Of a stretch of 64,000 nt of DNA, positions 11,283 to 23,899 are shown in pieces. The DNA is from Eledone cirrhosa. Its lineage: Eukaryota. A program made the position numbers and the translations under genes. The stretch lies in contig OZ024766.1 of NCBI GenBank assembly GCA_964016885.1, forward strand, positions 15,252,001-15,316,000. Reading direction: 5' to 3'. Position 1 is the first letter of the stretch. Each line of letters opens with the position of its first letter. The notes under the pieces are model-generated. The model did no database searches, was not told where the DNA came from, and worked only from the letters and a program-made list of their open reading frames with translations.

Positions 11283-13340
11283 GTAGATGTGTGTGTGTGT
11301 GTGTGTGTGTCCCAGTAGATGGGTGTGTATGTAACACAGTAGATGTGTGTGTATATAACACAGTAGATGTGTGTGTATATCACACAGTACATGTGTGTGT
11401 ATGTAACTCAGTAGATGTGTGTGTATGTAACCCAGTAGATGTATGTGTATGTAACTCAGTAGATGTGTGTGTATGTAATACAGTAGATGTGGGTATGTAA
11501 CACAGTAGATGTGTGTGTATGCAACATAGTAGATGTGTGTATGTAACACAGTAGATGTGTGTGTATATAACACAGTAGATGTTTGTGTATGTAACACAGT
11601 AGATGTGTGTAACACAGTAGATGTGTGTGTATGTAACACAATAGATGTGTGTGTATATAACACAGATGTGTGTGTATGTAACACAGTAGATGTGTGTGTA
11701 TGTAACACAGTAGATGTGTGTGTATGTAACACAGTAGATGTGTGTGTATGTAACATAGTAGATGTGTGTATGTAACACAGTAGATGTGTGTATTGTAACA
11801 CAATAGATGTGTGTGTATGTAACACTGTAGATCTCTGTATATGTAACACAGTAGATGTGTGTATGTAACACAGTAGATGTGTGTGTATGTAATACAGTAG
11901 GTGTGTGTGTATGTAACACAGTAGATGTGTGTGTATGTAACACAGTAGATGTGTGTGTATGTAACACAATAGATGTGTGTGTATATAACACAGTAGATGT
12001 ATATGTATGTAACTCAGTAGATGTGTGTGTATGTAACACAGTAGATGTGTGTGTATGTAACACAGTAGATGTGAGTGTATGTAACTCAGTAGATGTGAGT
12101 GTATGTAACCCAGTAGATGTGTGTAACACAATAGATGTGTGTGTATATAACACAATAGATGTGTGTGTATGTCACACAGTAGATGTGTGTGTATGTAACA
12201 CAGTAGATGTGTTTGTATGTAACACAGTAGATGTGTGTGTATGTAACACATTAGATGTGTGTGTCTGTAACACAGTAGATGTGTGTGTATGTAACACAAT
12301 AGATGTGTGTGTATATAACACAGATGTGTGTGTATGTAACACAGTAGATGTGTGTGTATGTAACACAGTAGATGTGTGTGTATGTAACACAGTAGATGTG
12401 TGTGTATGTAACATAGTAGATGTGTGTATGTAACACAGTAGATGTGTGTATTGTAACACAATAGATGTGTGTGTATGTAACACAGTAGATGTGTGTATGT
12501 AACACAGTAGATGTGTGTGTATGTAATACAGTAGGTGTGTGTGTATGTAACACAGTAGATGTGTGTGTATGTAACACAGTAGATGTGTGTGTATGTAACA
12601 CAATAGATGTGTGTGTATATAACACAGTAGATGTATGTGTATGTAACTCAGTAGATGTGTGTGTATGTAACACAGTAGATGTGTGTGTATGTAACACAGT
12701 AGATGTGAGTGTATGTAACTCAGTAGATGTGAGTGTATGTAACCCAGTAGATGTGTGTAACACAATAGATGTGTGTGTATATAACACAATAGATGTGTGT
12801 GTATGTAACACAGTAGATGTGTGTGTATGTAACACAGTAGATGTGTTTGTATGTAACACAGTAGATGTGTGTGTAACACAGTAGATGTGTGTGTATGTAA
12901 CACAATAGATGTGTGTGTATATAACACAGTAGATGTGTGTTTATGTAACACAGTAGATGTGTGTGTATGTAACCCAGTAGATGTGTGCGTATATAACCCA
13001 GTAGATGTGTGTATGTAACACAGTAGATGTATGTGTATGTAACCCAGTAGATGTGTGTGTATGTAAGACAGTAGATGTGTGTGTATCTAAGACAGTAGAT
13101 GTGTGCATGTAACACAGTAGATGTGTGTGTATGTAACACAATAGATGTGTGTGTATGTAACACTGTAGATCTCTGTATATGTAACACAGTAGATGTGTGT
13201 ATGTAACACAGTAGATGTGTGTGTATGTAACACAGTAGGTGTGTGTGTATGTAACACAGTAGATGTGTGTGTATGTAACACAGTAGATGTGTGTGTATGT
13301 AAGACAGTAGATGTGTGTGTATGTAACACAGTAGATGTAT
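11283..13340. repeat. 24-bp minisatellite (GTAGATGTGTGTGTATGTAACACA)n with higher-order block duplication
   Basis: Direct tandem unit visible throughout; the 8-aa periodic ORFs reflect it. A run of variant units at ~11855 recurs at ~12489. Confidence 0.97.
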
Positions 13341-14182
13341 ATATAACTAAAGTGTAACGTAAGTTAAAATGGACGACAAAATGACTTTAACTTGTTTTTT
13401 AACAATTGATGGTGGAAAAGATTTTAAATTGTCTTAACTCAGACCATAAAGGGCTGCAACACATGGTGTTTGACACTCTTACCGGCTACATAGCCAGGGA
13501 TTCTATTTTACGGGGTCCGGTTACATAGCTTCTTCTTAAAAATCTTCCAACATAATTTTATACAAGAACCACATGTTAAGTTACTAATAAAATAATTAAT
13601 AATTAAAAACTTCAGTAAATCCTTCAAATGATATCTCAGTAATGAAATAATTAATAATTGTTATAAATACCTCAAAATTCCTCATTAATTAAACCCCAGA
13701 CAGGTAAAAACTCCAGAGTCTTTCAGTCGGACATGAAACAAATTCATTTCTAATGGAAAAAGTAAAGATTGTAAAGTCAGCCAAGGGAGATCACTCTCAG
13801 CGACTTATTGTAAATCTTGTTCGTGAATTAATCCGGATTAAATTATTCTGGTGTATTTTGTGTGGAGGAAACCGGGTTTACGCGGTGATAGCGCGTAATT
13901 CAAGAACGTATGGTTCGTGAGACCGGGTGGTCTGTGCGTTGGCCCCTTGAACAAAACATTTCTCCCAGCTGGCAAAACTAATAAGTTGTACCAGTAATTA
14001 TAGGGTAACGTTGTTACATAGAATTGTCACACTGAATCTCTCTGAGAACAATGTCAACGGTACACGTGTCAATGAAATACCCAGACGCATTATAATATAA
14101 GATGGATTCTATATGTATTTAAAAAGGAAGGCATGTCACACGTTTTGTCTCGCTGAATCTCCCTGTGAACTATGTAAATACT

Positions 14183-15458
14183 AGTGACTATCAGACATAG
14201 TGTATCTCGGACTACATTATCTAATGTACAGTACAGTAGTTAGTATTAGTGGTTATCAGACATAGTATATCTAGGACTACATTATCTAATGTACAGTACA
14301 GTAGTCAGTATTACTGGCTATCAGACATAGTGTATCTAGGACTACATTATCTAATGTACAGTACAGTAGTTAGTATTAGTGGCTATCAGACATAGTGTAT
14401 CTAGGACTACATTATCTAATGTACAATACAGTAGTTAGTATCAGTGGCTATCAGACATAGTGTATCTAGGAATACATTATCTAATGTACAGTACAGTAGT
14501 TAGTATTAGTGGCTATCAGACATAGTGTATCTAGGACTACATTACCTAATGTACAGTACAGTAGTTAGTATTAGTGGCTATCAGACATAGTATATCTAGG
14601 ACTACATTATCTAATGTACAGTACAGTAGTTAGTATTAGTGGCTATCAGACATAGTATCTCTAGGACTACATTATCTAATGTACAGTACAGTAGTTAGTA
14701 TTAGTGACTATCAGACATAGTGTATCTAGGACTACATTATCTAATGGACAGTATAGAAGTTAGTATTAGTGGTTATCAGACATAGTATATCTTGGACTAC
14801 ATTATCTAATGTACAGTATAGTAGTTAGTATTAGTGGCTATCAGACATAGTGTATCTAGGACTACATTATCTAATGTACAGTATAGTAGTTAGTATTAGT
14901 GGCTATCAGACATAGTGTATCTAGGACTACATTATCTAATGTACAGTACAGTAGTTAGTATTAGTGGCTATCAGACATAGTGTATCTAGGACTACATTAC
15001 CTAATGTACAGTACAGTAGTTAGTATTAGTGGCTATCAGACATAGTGTATCTAAGACTACCTTATCTAATGTACAATATAGTAGTTAGTATTACTGGCTA
15101 TCAGACATAGTGTATCTAGGAATACATTATCTAATGTACAATATAGTAGTTAGTATTACTGGCTATCAGGCATAGTGTATCTAGGAATACATTACCTATT
15201 GTACAGTGTAGTAGTTAGTATTAGTGGCTACCAGACATAGTGTATCTAGGACTACATTACATAATGTACAGTACAGTAATCAGTATTAGAGGCTATCAGA
15301 GATAGTGTATCTAGGACTGCATTATCTAATGTACAGTACAGTAGTTAGTATTAGTGGCTATCAGGCATAGTGTATCTAGGACTACATTATCTAATATACA
15401 GTACAGTAGTTAGTATTAGTGGCTATCAGGCATAGTGTATCTAAGACTACATTATCTT
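14183..15458. repeat. 65-bp tandem repeat, ~19-20 copies
   Basis: Unit TAGTGGCTATCAGACATAGTGTATCTAGGACTACATTATCTAATGTACAGTACAGTAGTTAGTAT; period 65 (actacattat at 14341 and 14406). Confidence 0.97.
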
Positions 15459-15963
15459 AACTGCACATAGCATCCAACCCTGACAGTATGGTGTCCTGGA
15501 AATATGTACATTCAAAGCAGAGACCTCACTCTTCTCTTCACAATCTCCACACAAGCCAGGTTACTGACGACCCAAGAAATGCACAGAATTCATTGCTGAA
15601 AGAAATGGAGGCATTTTCACTGTTGAAGACCAAAATGTACCATCTCCACCACCTCTGACATCAGATTCTATTACAACTATGGAATTTAGACCTGCAATGC
15701 CACCTTACAAAACCTCTACGTAGTCTTTCTAACTGCTAGAAATAGCAGCGATATTATCCATTACAACTTCGTTTTTTTGTTTAAAATATCCAAAGTTTAG
15801 TTATGAAATCAACAGCAAGTCCTTTGCACAGACTTCGGAATAAACTCGAAGACCGTCAAAATATCATTCTCCTTCTCTCTCTCTTTAAACAAAGAATAGC
15901 TGCTTTCAACCTTAACGAGATCTTCTGAAACTCATTATTTTAATCAATAGTTGCTCTACGGCT

Positions 15964-16023
<60 letters not shown>

Positions 16024-16116
16024 GTAATTCCGTCGGAAAAGTGCAGGAAAAAAGAGTGCTCTATGTAGGCAACAGAGCTTAATTATTATTATGTAATAAA
16101 CAACATAAGGCAATTA

Positions 16117-16176
16117 TTCCATTTACCAGTGGTTTCTTAAAAGCAAAAGGTTTTGCTTTCAATCCTCAGAATGAAA
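16117..16176 (-). ncRNA. Type I hammerhead ribozyme motif (family B)
   Basis: Minus strand: TTTCATT-CTGAGGA-TTGAAAGCAAAAccTTTTGCTTTTAA-GAAA-CCACTGG-TA-AATGGAA; same sequence as the copy at 19585. Confidence 0.8.
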
Positions 16177-16331
16177 AAATCCTGGTTTGTTTATTGAATT
16201 TGGATTTTAAAAAACAAAAATGCAAACTATATGAAAGTGAGGCTGGAGAAGGGAGAAGGAAAGGAAAAATAAAATAAAACTACACATGCAAACACACACA
16301 CAAAAACACAAAAGCATACATACACACACAC

Positions 16332-16396
<65 letters not shown>

Positions 16397-16639
16397 CACA
16401 TATATATAAAAAAAAACATTGACACTCCTATGATAAATCAACCGCCTTGAAATCCTTCCCTGCTCTTTACTTCTGCTACGGTTTTTATTTTGCTGATTCT
16501 ACGTTCTGTACTCTTGTATATTTACTTATTTTTTTCTCCCTTACCTCCCCTTATATTTTACCTTTTCTTATGCCCCCCCCCCCATATATTCTTTTTGCCT
16601 TGCCCTTCACATACCTATGTGTATGTGTATGTATATTTG

Positions 16640-16712
<73 letters not shown>

Positions 16713-16789
16713 GTGTGTGTATGTGTATGTGTGTATATATATGTATATATTTGTGTGTGTGTATGTATATGTGGATAAACCAGGGTTTT

Positions 16790-16849
16790 TTTCATTCTGA
16801 AGATTGAAGGAAAAATTTTTTGCTTTTAAGAAACCACTGGTGAATGGAA
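16790..16849 (+). ncRNA. Hammerhead motif (family B), probably inactive variant
   Basis: TTTCATT-CTGAAGA-(weakened stem II)-GAAA-CCACTGG-TG-AATGGAA. The cleavage triplet is GUG, which violates the NUH rule. Confidence 0.65.
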
Positions 16850-17050
16850 TAATTGCCTTATGTTGCTTTATTACTTTACTACTATATATACGTATATGTA
16901 AGGTTCATATGAATTATCTAAGACTGAGTCTTACACATACACACATGTATGTGTGTGTGTATGTGTATGCATGTGTATATATATGTATGTATATGTATGT
17001 ATGTATATATATATATATATATATGTGTATATATATATATGTATATATAT

Positions 17051-18629
17051 GCCTTCGACAGAGTCCTCCGCTCCATTATCTGGTGGGCTCTTAGAAAACT
17101 AGGCGTTGACGAATGGCTTGTGAGGGCTATACAAGCCATGTATAAAGAAACAGTCAGCAAGGTTAGAATTAACAACGAATATAGTGAAGAGTTTAGCGTA
17201 AAAGTTGGCGTCCATCAGGGCTCTGTTCTCAGCCCACTACTATTTATTATTGCCCTTCAGGCTATAACAGAGGAGTTCAAGACAGGCTGCCCATGGGAAC
17301 TCCTATACGCAGACGACCTGACACTCATAGCGGAATCAATGGCCGAGCTAGAGAAGAAATTCCAAACATGGAAGCACGGCCTAGAGTCAAAAAGACTTAA
17401 AATTAACCTGGCTAAGACCAAAGTTCTAGTTTGTAGGAAAGAAAACAAGGCGGTGGTCCCTTCTGGGAAATGGTCGTGCTCGGTGTGTAGGAAAGGCGTA
17501 GGTAGAAACTCCATTTTATGTCCTAAATGCAAAGTATGGGTGCATAAAAGATGTAGTGGGATCACAGGTAAGCTAACGAAGAACACAGATTTTACATGTG
17601 GCCGGTGCTCTGGTGCAATAAGTAGCAGCAAGTGCCCACAAAATACTAGCTCTTTCAATTGCGCAGAGGGTTCTATAGAAATAGTGGACAGCTTCCGTTA
17701 CCTGGGCGATAAAATCAGCAGTGGGGGAGGGTGCTCTGAAAGTACTGTAGCTAGAGTCAGAACTGGTTGGAAAAAGTTCAGAGAGCTTATACCACTATTA
17801 GCTGCTAAAGGGTTCTCCCTAAAAATGAAAGGCAGGTTGTACGATGCCTGCATACGAACAGCAATGTTGCATGGCAGTGAGACCTGGGCATTGTGTGCAG
17901 AGGATATACGCAGACTAGAGAGGAACGAAGCTTGCATGCTCCGCTGGATGTGTAACAGTAATATACGTGAACGGCAAAGCATAAACGAACTAAGGAAAAA
18001 ATTAGAGATAAGAGGGATCAGATGTTGTTTACTCGAGAGAAGGCTACGTTGGTATGGACACGTGATGCGCATGAAAGTCGATAGCTGTATAACAAAGTGC
18101 AGGGCAATAAAGATAGACGGTAGCCACGGAATAGGCAGACCTAGAAAAACCTGGGACGAGCTGATAAACTCCGACCTCACACACTTACACCTCTCCAAGA
18201 CAATGTCACTGGACCGAGACCTTTGGCGGTACTCAGTAACAGAGAAGACCCGCCTAGCCAGTAGGCATCTCTAACAAAATACACCCCGTCCCGCCACCAC
18301 CCCCACCCATCCACACCACCCCGTCCTATGTAAAGTTATGTTGGTGCCGCGCCATCCAGGCCGAAACAAATGAGATCGTGTAGGTGTTACGACAAAAAAA
18401 CACACAGTCCACGCTGTAATGTGGCCGTGTAGGCAACACGGTAAAAACCTCCCAGACCCACACTGTAAATGTGGTTGGTGTTAGGAAGGGCATCCAACTG
18501 TAGAAAACCTGCCAGACAGTCCTATGCGAGCAAGACAATCACTCTTGCCTCAAGTGGGACTACCCCCGTCCAAACCCATGCAAGCGTGGAACACGGACGT
18601 TAAATGTTGATGATGATGATGATGATGAT
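17051..18629 (+). mobile_element. 5'-truncated RTE LINE family B inserted in a (TA)n tract
   Basis: Open frame from AFDRV through the RT, PHD-like finger and C-terminus, then 3' UTR and (GAT)n tail; closely matches the copy at 35801-37960. Confidence 0.95.
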
Positions 18630-19252
18630 ATATGTGTGTATATGTATGCGTGTGTATGTATATATGTATGTGTGTCTGTGTTTGTGTTTGTATTTGGTTG
18701 TGCGTGTTTATGATATGTACGTATTTGTATGTGTATAATTGTTTAGCTATGTATGTATATGTGTGTGTATGTATACGTATGTGTGTGTGTGTGCGTTTAT
18801 ATTTATGTATATATATGTATATATATATATATATGTGTGTGTGTATATAATTACATATACATATGTGTGTGTATATATTGTATACGTGTGCGTATTTGTG
18901 CATGTATGTGCATGTATGTGTTTATGTATTTGTATATGTATATTTATGTGTGAGAGTGTGTGTATGTGTTTACGATTTCGTACGTATGTATACGTGCATT
19001 TGTGTGTATTACTTACCACGCGTGTCTGTCCAGTTAGCTGCCTTATGTAACGGTGTCAAAAAATTTTTTTAATATATATATATATTTTTTCTTATATTTA
19101 TTTGCGTGTGTGAATATGTAGAGGAGTGCATTTATGTATGTGTATGTACGTATGTATATATGTATGATTGTGTGAATGTATGTATGCATATATGTGTGTG
19201 TGTATGGCTATGTTTGTGTATGTGTATGCTTGTACACACATATATATATGTA

Positions 19253-19307
<55 letters not shown>

Positions 19308-19406
19308 ATATGTGTGTGTGTATGTGTATGTATGCGTGTATGTATGTGTATATGTGTATGTATGTGCATGTGTATATTTGTGTATGTATATATATATGTA
19401 TATATG

Positions 19407-19437
<31 letters not shown>

Positions 19438-19584
19438 ATGTATGCTTTTGTGTTTTTTTGTGTGTGTGTTTGCATGTGTAGTTTTATTTTATTTTTCCTT
19501 TCCTTCTTCCTTCTCCAGCCTCACTTTCATATAGATTGCATTTTTGTTTTTTAAAATCCAAATTCAATAAACAAACCAGGATTT

Positions 19585-19644
19585 TTTCATTCTGAGGATT
19601 GAAAGCAAAACCTTTTGCTTTTAAGAAACCACTGGTAAATGGAA
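19585..19644 (+). ncRNA. Type I hammerhead ribozyme motif (family B)
   Basis: Stem I TTTCATT/AATGGAA, core CTGAGGA, 11-12 bp stem II, GAAA, near-palindromic stem III ACCACTGGT, GUA triplet (predicted cleavage after 19637). Confidence 0.8.
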
Positions 19645-20164
19645 TAATTGCCTTATCTTGTTTATTACATAATAATATTTTACATGGTAGACATTATTTG
19701 AATTTTGAAAATGTGAGACCAGAGAAATTGCTTCATGTGACACTGTAAGAAAACATTAAAAAATGAAATGCATATCTTCTTCTTTATCATTAAGTATGTC
19801 AGCAGCAGCAGCACCACACACACACACATATATATATACAGAGAGAGAGAGAGAGAAGAGAGAGAGTAGTTAATAATAAATACAAAGACCAAAATCTAGA
19901 GAGGGCTCAATAAGATAAGAGTTTTATGTATATATATATATATACATATATATGTATCATCATCATCATCATCATCATTTTACGTCCACTTTTCCCTGCT
20001 TGCGAGGGTGGGACGGAAACTGATTCTGGTTTGATTTCTACAGCTGGATGCCCTTCCTACCACCAACCTTATTTACAGTGAGTGCTGGGTGCTTTTTTGC
20101 TGTGGCACCTCCACGACCACTTTGCAGTGGAATGATAGAGGCCCAAGTCCCTATCATCTCATTT

Positions 20165-20291
20165 CTACAGCTGAGTAAACTGGAGCAATGTGAAATAAAG
20201 TGTCTTGCTCAAGGAAACAACACATCACCCGGTTTGAGAATTGAACTCACAACCTTTCGATTGCAAGGCCAATGCTCTAACCACTAAGCCA
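20165..20291 (-). mobile_element. tRNA-derived SINE, family 1 (CORE-like body)
   Basis: Minus strand ATGGCTTAGTGGTTAGAGC (A box) ..GAGTTCAATTCTC (B box) ..TCCTTGAGCAAGACACTTTATTTCAC. Other copies lie near 23080, 26640, 27100, 27470, 29545, 31890 and 46830. Confidence 0.8.
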
Positions 20292-20515
20292 TAGAGAGAG
20301 AGAGAAGTGAGAGAGTAGTTAATAATAAATAGAAACACCAAAATCTGGAGAGGGCTCAATAAGATAAGAGTTATATATATATATATGTATATATATATAA
20401 GTTGAAAAAAATGAAAACGAAATTTCATTTCTCACTCTTAGTATGGCACTTACTTAAATGTAAGTATGTATGTATACGTACATACATATATGTATACGGA
20501 CGTACAGTAGCATGC

Positions 20516-20546
<31 letters not shown>

Positions 20547-20698
20547 TACAGGTACACATACATATATGCACGCATCAGTTTAGCGGACGCTTATTATAAC
20601 GCCGCTTTGTTCGTTTGTCAACAAACTGAACAGCCTGAATTTATGCCATACGGTGTTAAGGCAACCACGTCACCTTTTTGTTCAACACTGACACAGGA

Positions 20699-20741
20699 AC
20701 GATGTACTAGTTTCAAGCTTGTTAGCTATCATCAGCACCGT
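20699..20741 (-). ncRNA. Type I minimal hammerhead ribozyme motif (family A, second copy)
   Basis: Minus strand: ACGGTG-CTGATGA-TAGCtaacaaGCTT-GAAA-C-ta-GTA-CATCGT; stem I ACGGTG/CATCGT. Confidence 0.8.
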
Positions 20742-21296
20742 TTACCCATCTGCCAGATAGTTGAACGTTCGAAAGTATATTCTTTCCTTATCAAAATTAA
20801 CGGCTGAGCAGCCTAATTTGCATATTGAGTGAGTTAAATCGGTCAGGCATCAAATTTGTGTTCTTTTATTTTGTTTTTGATATGCTACCAAGGATTGGGG
20901 GTTAGAGTTGTGTTTGCATTCCTGTCCAGTTGTTATATGGTTTGGATGGCTATTCTAGTAGGCAGATATGAAGCAGGAGGTGCTATTGTTGCTGACATAC
21001 TAGGGATGGTAAGTAGGTTAAGGTATCAAATTACCAGAGGGGTCAGTCATCACCCCACCCCCCGTTCATATATGTTAAAGAATTTGTTTATTTTTTTGTT
21101 TATTTGAACTTTGTTTATTTGTTTGAACTACATAGCTATATATCCAGGCTGTGTATTATTAGAGAAGGTGATTCTTGTGTAACTATGTAAGGATGCATTT
21201 AGTCATTATGTTCAGCTCTAGGTGGAAGTTAGCATGGAATGTGTTAACTATCTAATCTAAGGAAAGTTTTAGATATTTTATGCATACAAGTATTAA

Positions 21297-21509
21297 CTCT
21301 TTAGCATTTACATTACTCTGTAATGTATTTTCTCTGTAAAGTCTTTACCTCACATAATAATCTCACATAATATCAAATCAACAAGATTTTGATATTATTT
21401 ATTTTGAGAACAATACCTTAACATAAGTATGAGCAGCCAGTTACGGCTGGTTTGAACAGAAAAAGGTGAGAGAATTCTGGCCGGATATGGCCGGTTTAAA
21501 TGCTAAAGG
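21297..21509. mobile_element. piggyBac-like MITE (TTAA-flanked), slightly degenerate termini
   Basis: ttaa-CTCTTTAGCATTTA…TAAATGCTAAAGG-ttaa; same family as 29745-29965. Confidence 0.8.
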
Positions 21510-22392
21510 TTAAAGTGGTCAGAGCCTTTGTTAATTACTTCCTGTCTCCTATTAATAATGTGTTGAGCTTCCGTTGTACAGAGATCACAGCCACATGAAA
21601 AAGGATTCGCATAAATATGGAAATGCATTTGTGAGAATACGCCAAGAAAACGAGTACTGTACCTGGTTCTGTTTTAGCCTCCTTATGATTTAGCATAATT
21701 TCAGATAGCGCTGTGCTTCTTCTTCTGTCTATCCAGTTAAATGAGTGCTGATTGTACCATTTAACATACATACATATGTACATGGTGGCTGCCAACTCGT
21801 TTTCGAGTACGGCCACTACTTTATATCCATGTAGGAGAACCCCTACCGATGCGCTGAACAATAGTGACTTTTTAGTCCAGCCAGCGACTTGAAAATTCCT
21901 GTACAGAGAGATCTCCAGATATAAAGCAATGCCTGTGCCGTGAAGCTTTTATAGTGAGCAAAGGCACTGCACAAAGCCAGTCCCACTCTCTTAACTAAGA
22001 TGATATTTACCAAAAGGAAGAACAAGTCAACATCATTGGATACCATCAGGGTTGCAGGTGTAATATTAGAGTTTTCCTTCTCCTAGAATTCTGCCTTGAG
22101 AAAGGCTAAGGGGTCATCTCTCCCGGTGATTTTGGATGGCCATTGACACTTAAAAGCTCCGTTGCCCTTTCACAGGTTTTGTTTTTAGTCCTGCAGGATG
22201 TCCAAAGTCACCCTCCTCACCAAGAAACCTTGGTGGGGTTACCATTTCAGTCGCCAACGACCCGACCATGAGACAGGTTGTACTGGGATACATGTTACCA
22301 GTAGCACCAACTGGTGACCTGACATATGTACATATGTACATATATACATACATACATAACCACTTTAAACTAAACAATTTTGTACCCTAGAA

Positions 22393-22711
22393 CAGGGGTG
22401 TGCAACATATTCCATTGGCGGGCCACTTTTGAACATTGGAACAATTATTAGGGCTATTATTATTTATTAAGCACTATTCCGAAGATTCACCACAACTTCT
22501 TTCCATAACATGGAACTGGGAAAGTATAACACACATAACCCTATCAGTGAAGCCCTTTAGTATAGGTCAACTAACAGAAAATTGTATTACGGTTATGAAA
22601 AAAATTGTAAATAGGCCTACAAGGTAAACATTTAAAATGGTCACCGCGGGCCACTTTGACTGGTCTGGCAGGGCGGATTGTGGCCCACGGGCCGCCTGCT
22701 ACATGCCCCTG
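22393..22711. mobile_element. hAT (Charlie-like) MITE
   Basis: Termini CAGGGGTG…TGCCCCTG, 8-bp TSD ccctagaa/acctagaa, GGGCC/GGCCC subterminal motifs. Confidence 0.8.
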
Positions 22712-22846
22712 ACCTAGAAGCAGGGGCAGTCTTATGTGGTTTGATGTAAAAAAAATTAAGGACTCATTGATTCTCAACATTTAAATAGTGTTGTTGTATG
22801 AAGGGATGGTTGTGTAAACAACGCTATCTGGTGGTAGGTTACTAAC

Positions 22847-22984
22847 CTGTCTGGCAGTTACTTCCCTTGTAACCAACTGCACATCCTCCACTTGAACATA
22901 TCCCTGACACTATATTACATTTACTGTTGTCTGCACAGTGGCACATATACTTGCAGTTAGGACCAAATGAACCAGATGCACACA
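22847..22984 (-). CDS. EGF-like exon (CASGSFGPNCKYMCHCADNSKCNIVSGICSSGGCAVGYKGSNCQT)
   Basis: ttgcag| … |gttagt; 138 nt; MEGF-type cysteine spacing. Confidence 0.88.
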
Positions 22985-23381
22985 CTGCAATGGAATAAAG
23001 CAACAACAACAGAAAACATGAGGATGAAGAAGAAGAAGAAGAAGAGACAATTATACAGACAGATGCACATGCATGGTGGAGGTGTGTGGCCTAGTGGTAA
23101 GGGTGTTGGACTTACAATCATAATGTCATGGGTTCGATTCCTGGGCTGAGTTGTGTGTTGTATTCTTGAGCAAAACACTTCATTTCACGCTGCTCCAGTA
23201 TACTCAGCTGAAAACGATTACCAGCAATAGCTGGGGTTTTGACCCCACGATGGATTGGCGTCCTGTCCAGGGAGGAGTCTTGTACTCTCAGTCATTTCAC
23301 ACCATAAAAATGGGATAAGCACCTACTATTGTCTGGACACAATATATTATGTTACAAAAAAAGCTATACTACACCACTTAC

Positions 23382-23519
23382 CTGTCTGACAGTTGCTACC
23401 TTCATAACCAGCAGCACATCCTCCACTTGAACACACACCTGTCTGTTTGTTACACCTGCTGTTGTCAGCACAGTGGCATGTGTTGCCACAGTTTGGTCCA
23501 AATTTCCCCTCTGGTCATT
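23382..23519 (-). CDS. EGF-like exon with TGA at the first Cys position (E*PEGKFGPNCGNTCHCADNSRCNKQTGVCSSGGCAAGYEGSNCQT)
   Basis: ttgtag| … |gtaagt; 138 nt; paralogous to the exon at 22847-22984. Confidence 0.82.
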
Positions 23520-23629
23520 CTACAATGAAAGATCATGAGAAAACCTCTGCTCTTTTATCTCACTAAACATTTGTAAAAAAAATGAGGTTCAACTGAGTAA
23601 GAATACAAAGGATTAATAGGATTAATCAA

Positions 23630-23850
23630 CCCTTACAATACTAAGGACCTTTGTTAAGTTATGTTCCAAATACCATCTTAACCGTTTCGATACCAAACTG
23701 CCAGATGTGGACCTTGTTCTAACAATACTAACAACCTTTGTTAAGTTATGTTCCAAATACCATCTTAACCCTTTTGATACCAAACTGCCAGATGTGGACC
23801 TTGTTCTTACAATACTAACAACCTTTGTTAAGTTATGTTCCAAGCACCAT
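23630..23850. repeat. 87-bp tandem repeat, ~2.5 copies
   Basis: tgttaagttatgttccaaataccatcttaacc…ccagatgtggaccttgttct repeated; gives a 29-aa periodic ORF. Confidence 0.85.
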
Positions 23851-23899
23851 CTGAGACCACTCTTGGCAGGTCTGTTGGATGTTGGCTTACCTGGGGCTA

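Larger units (their letters stand above)
16083..19677. mobile_element. Composite hammerhead-bearing element (family B): inverted terminal units plus an internal direct unit, microsatellite-rich body, interrupted by an RTE LINE
   Basis: 16083-~16400 is the reverse complement of ~19390-19677, and both end at the same point ~40 nt past the predicted cleavage site. Three hammerhead motifs are present; there is no real ORF apart from the LINE insert. Confidence 0.65.

Noticed and set aside
11220-13329. Long His/Thr/Cys-rich ORFs (up to 413 aa)
   Set aside because: Translations of the 24-bp minisatellite, open in several frames on both strands.
14183-15458. Regular repeats as a possible CRISPR array (also 25312, 28681, 49875)
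   Set aside because: Head-to-tail units with no unique spacers, no cas genes and a eukaryotic context.
15490-15725. Short open stretch as a possible exon, and ctgacga-cccaa-gaaa as a hammerhead
   Set aside because: No recognisable domain or splice context (possibly an old LINE scrap), and no stem II can form.
18550-19554. Multiple YI/CV-rich ORFs
   Set aside because: Dinucleotide microsatellite translations.
23515-23517. UGA at a Cys position as selenocysteine
   Set aside because: The position is a structural disulfide cysteine in an EGF repeat, no SECIS was identified and the 3' UTR was not located.
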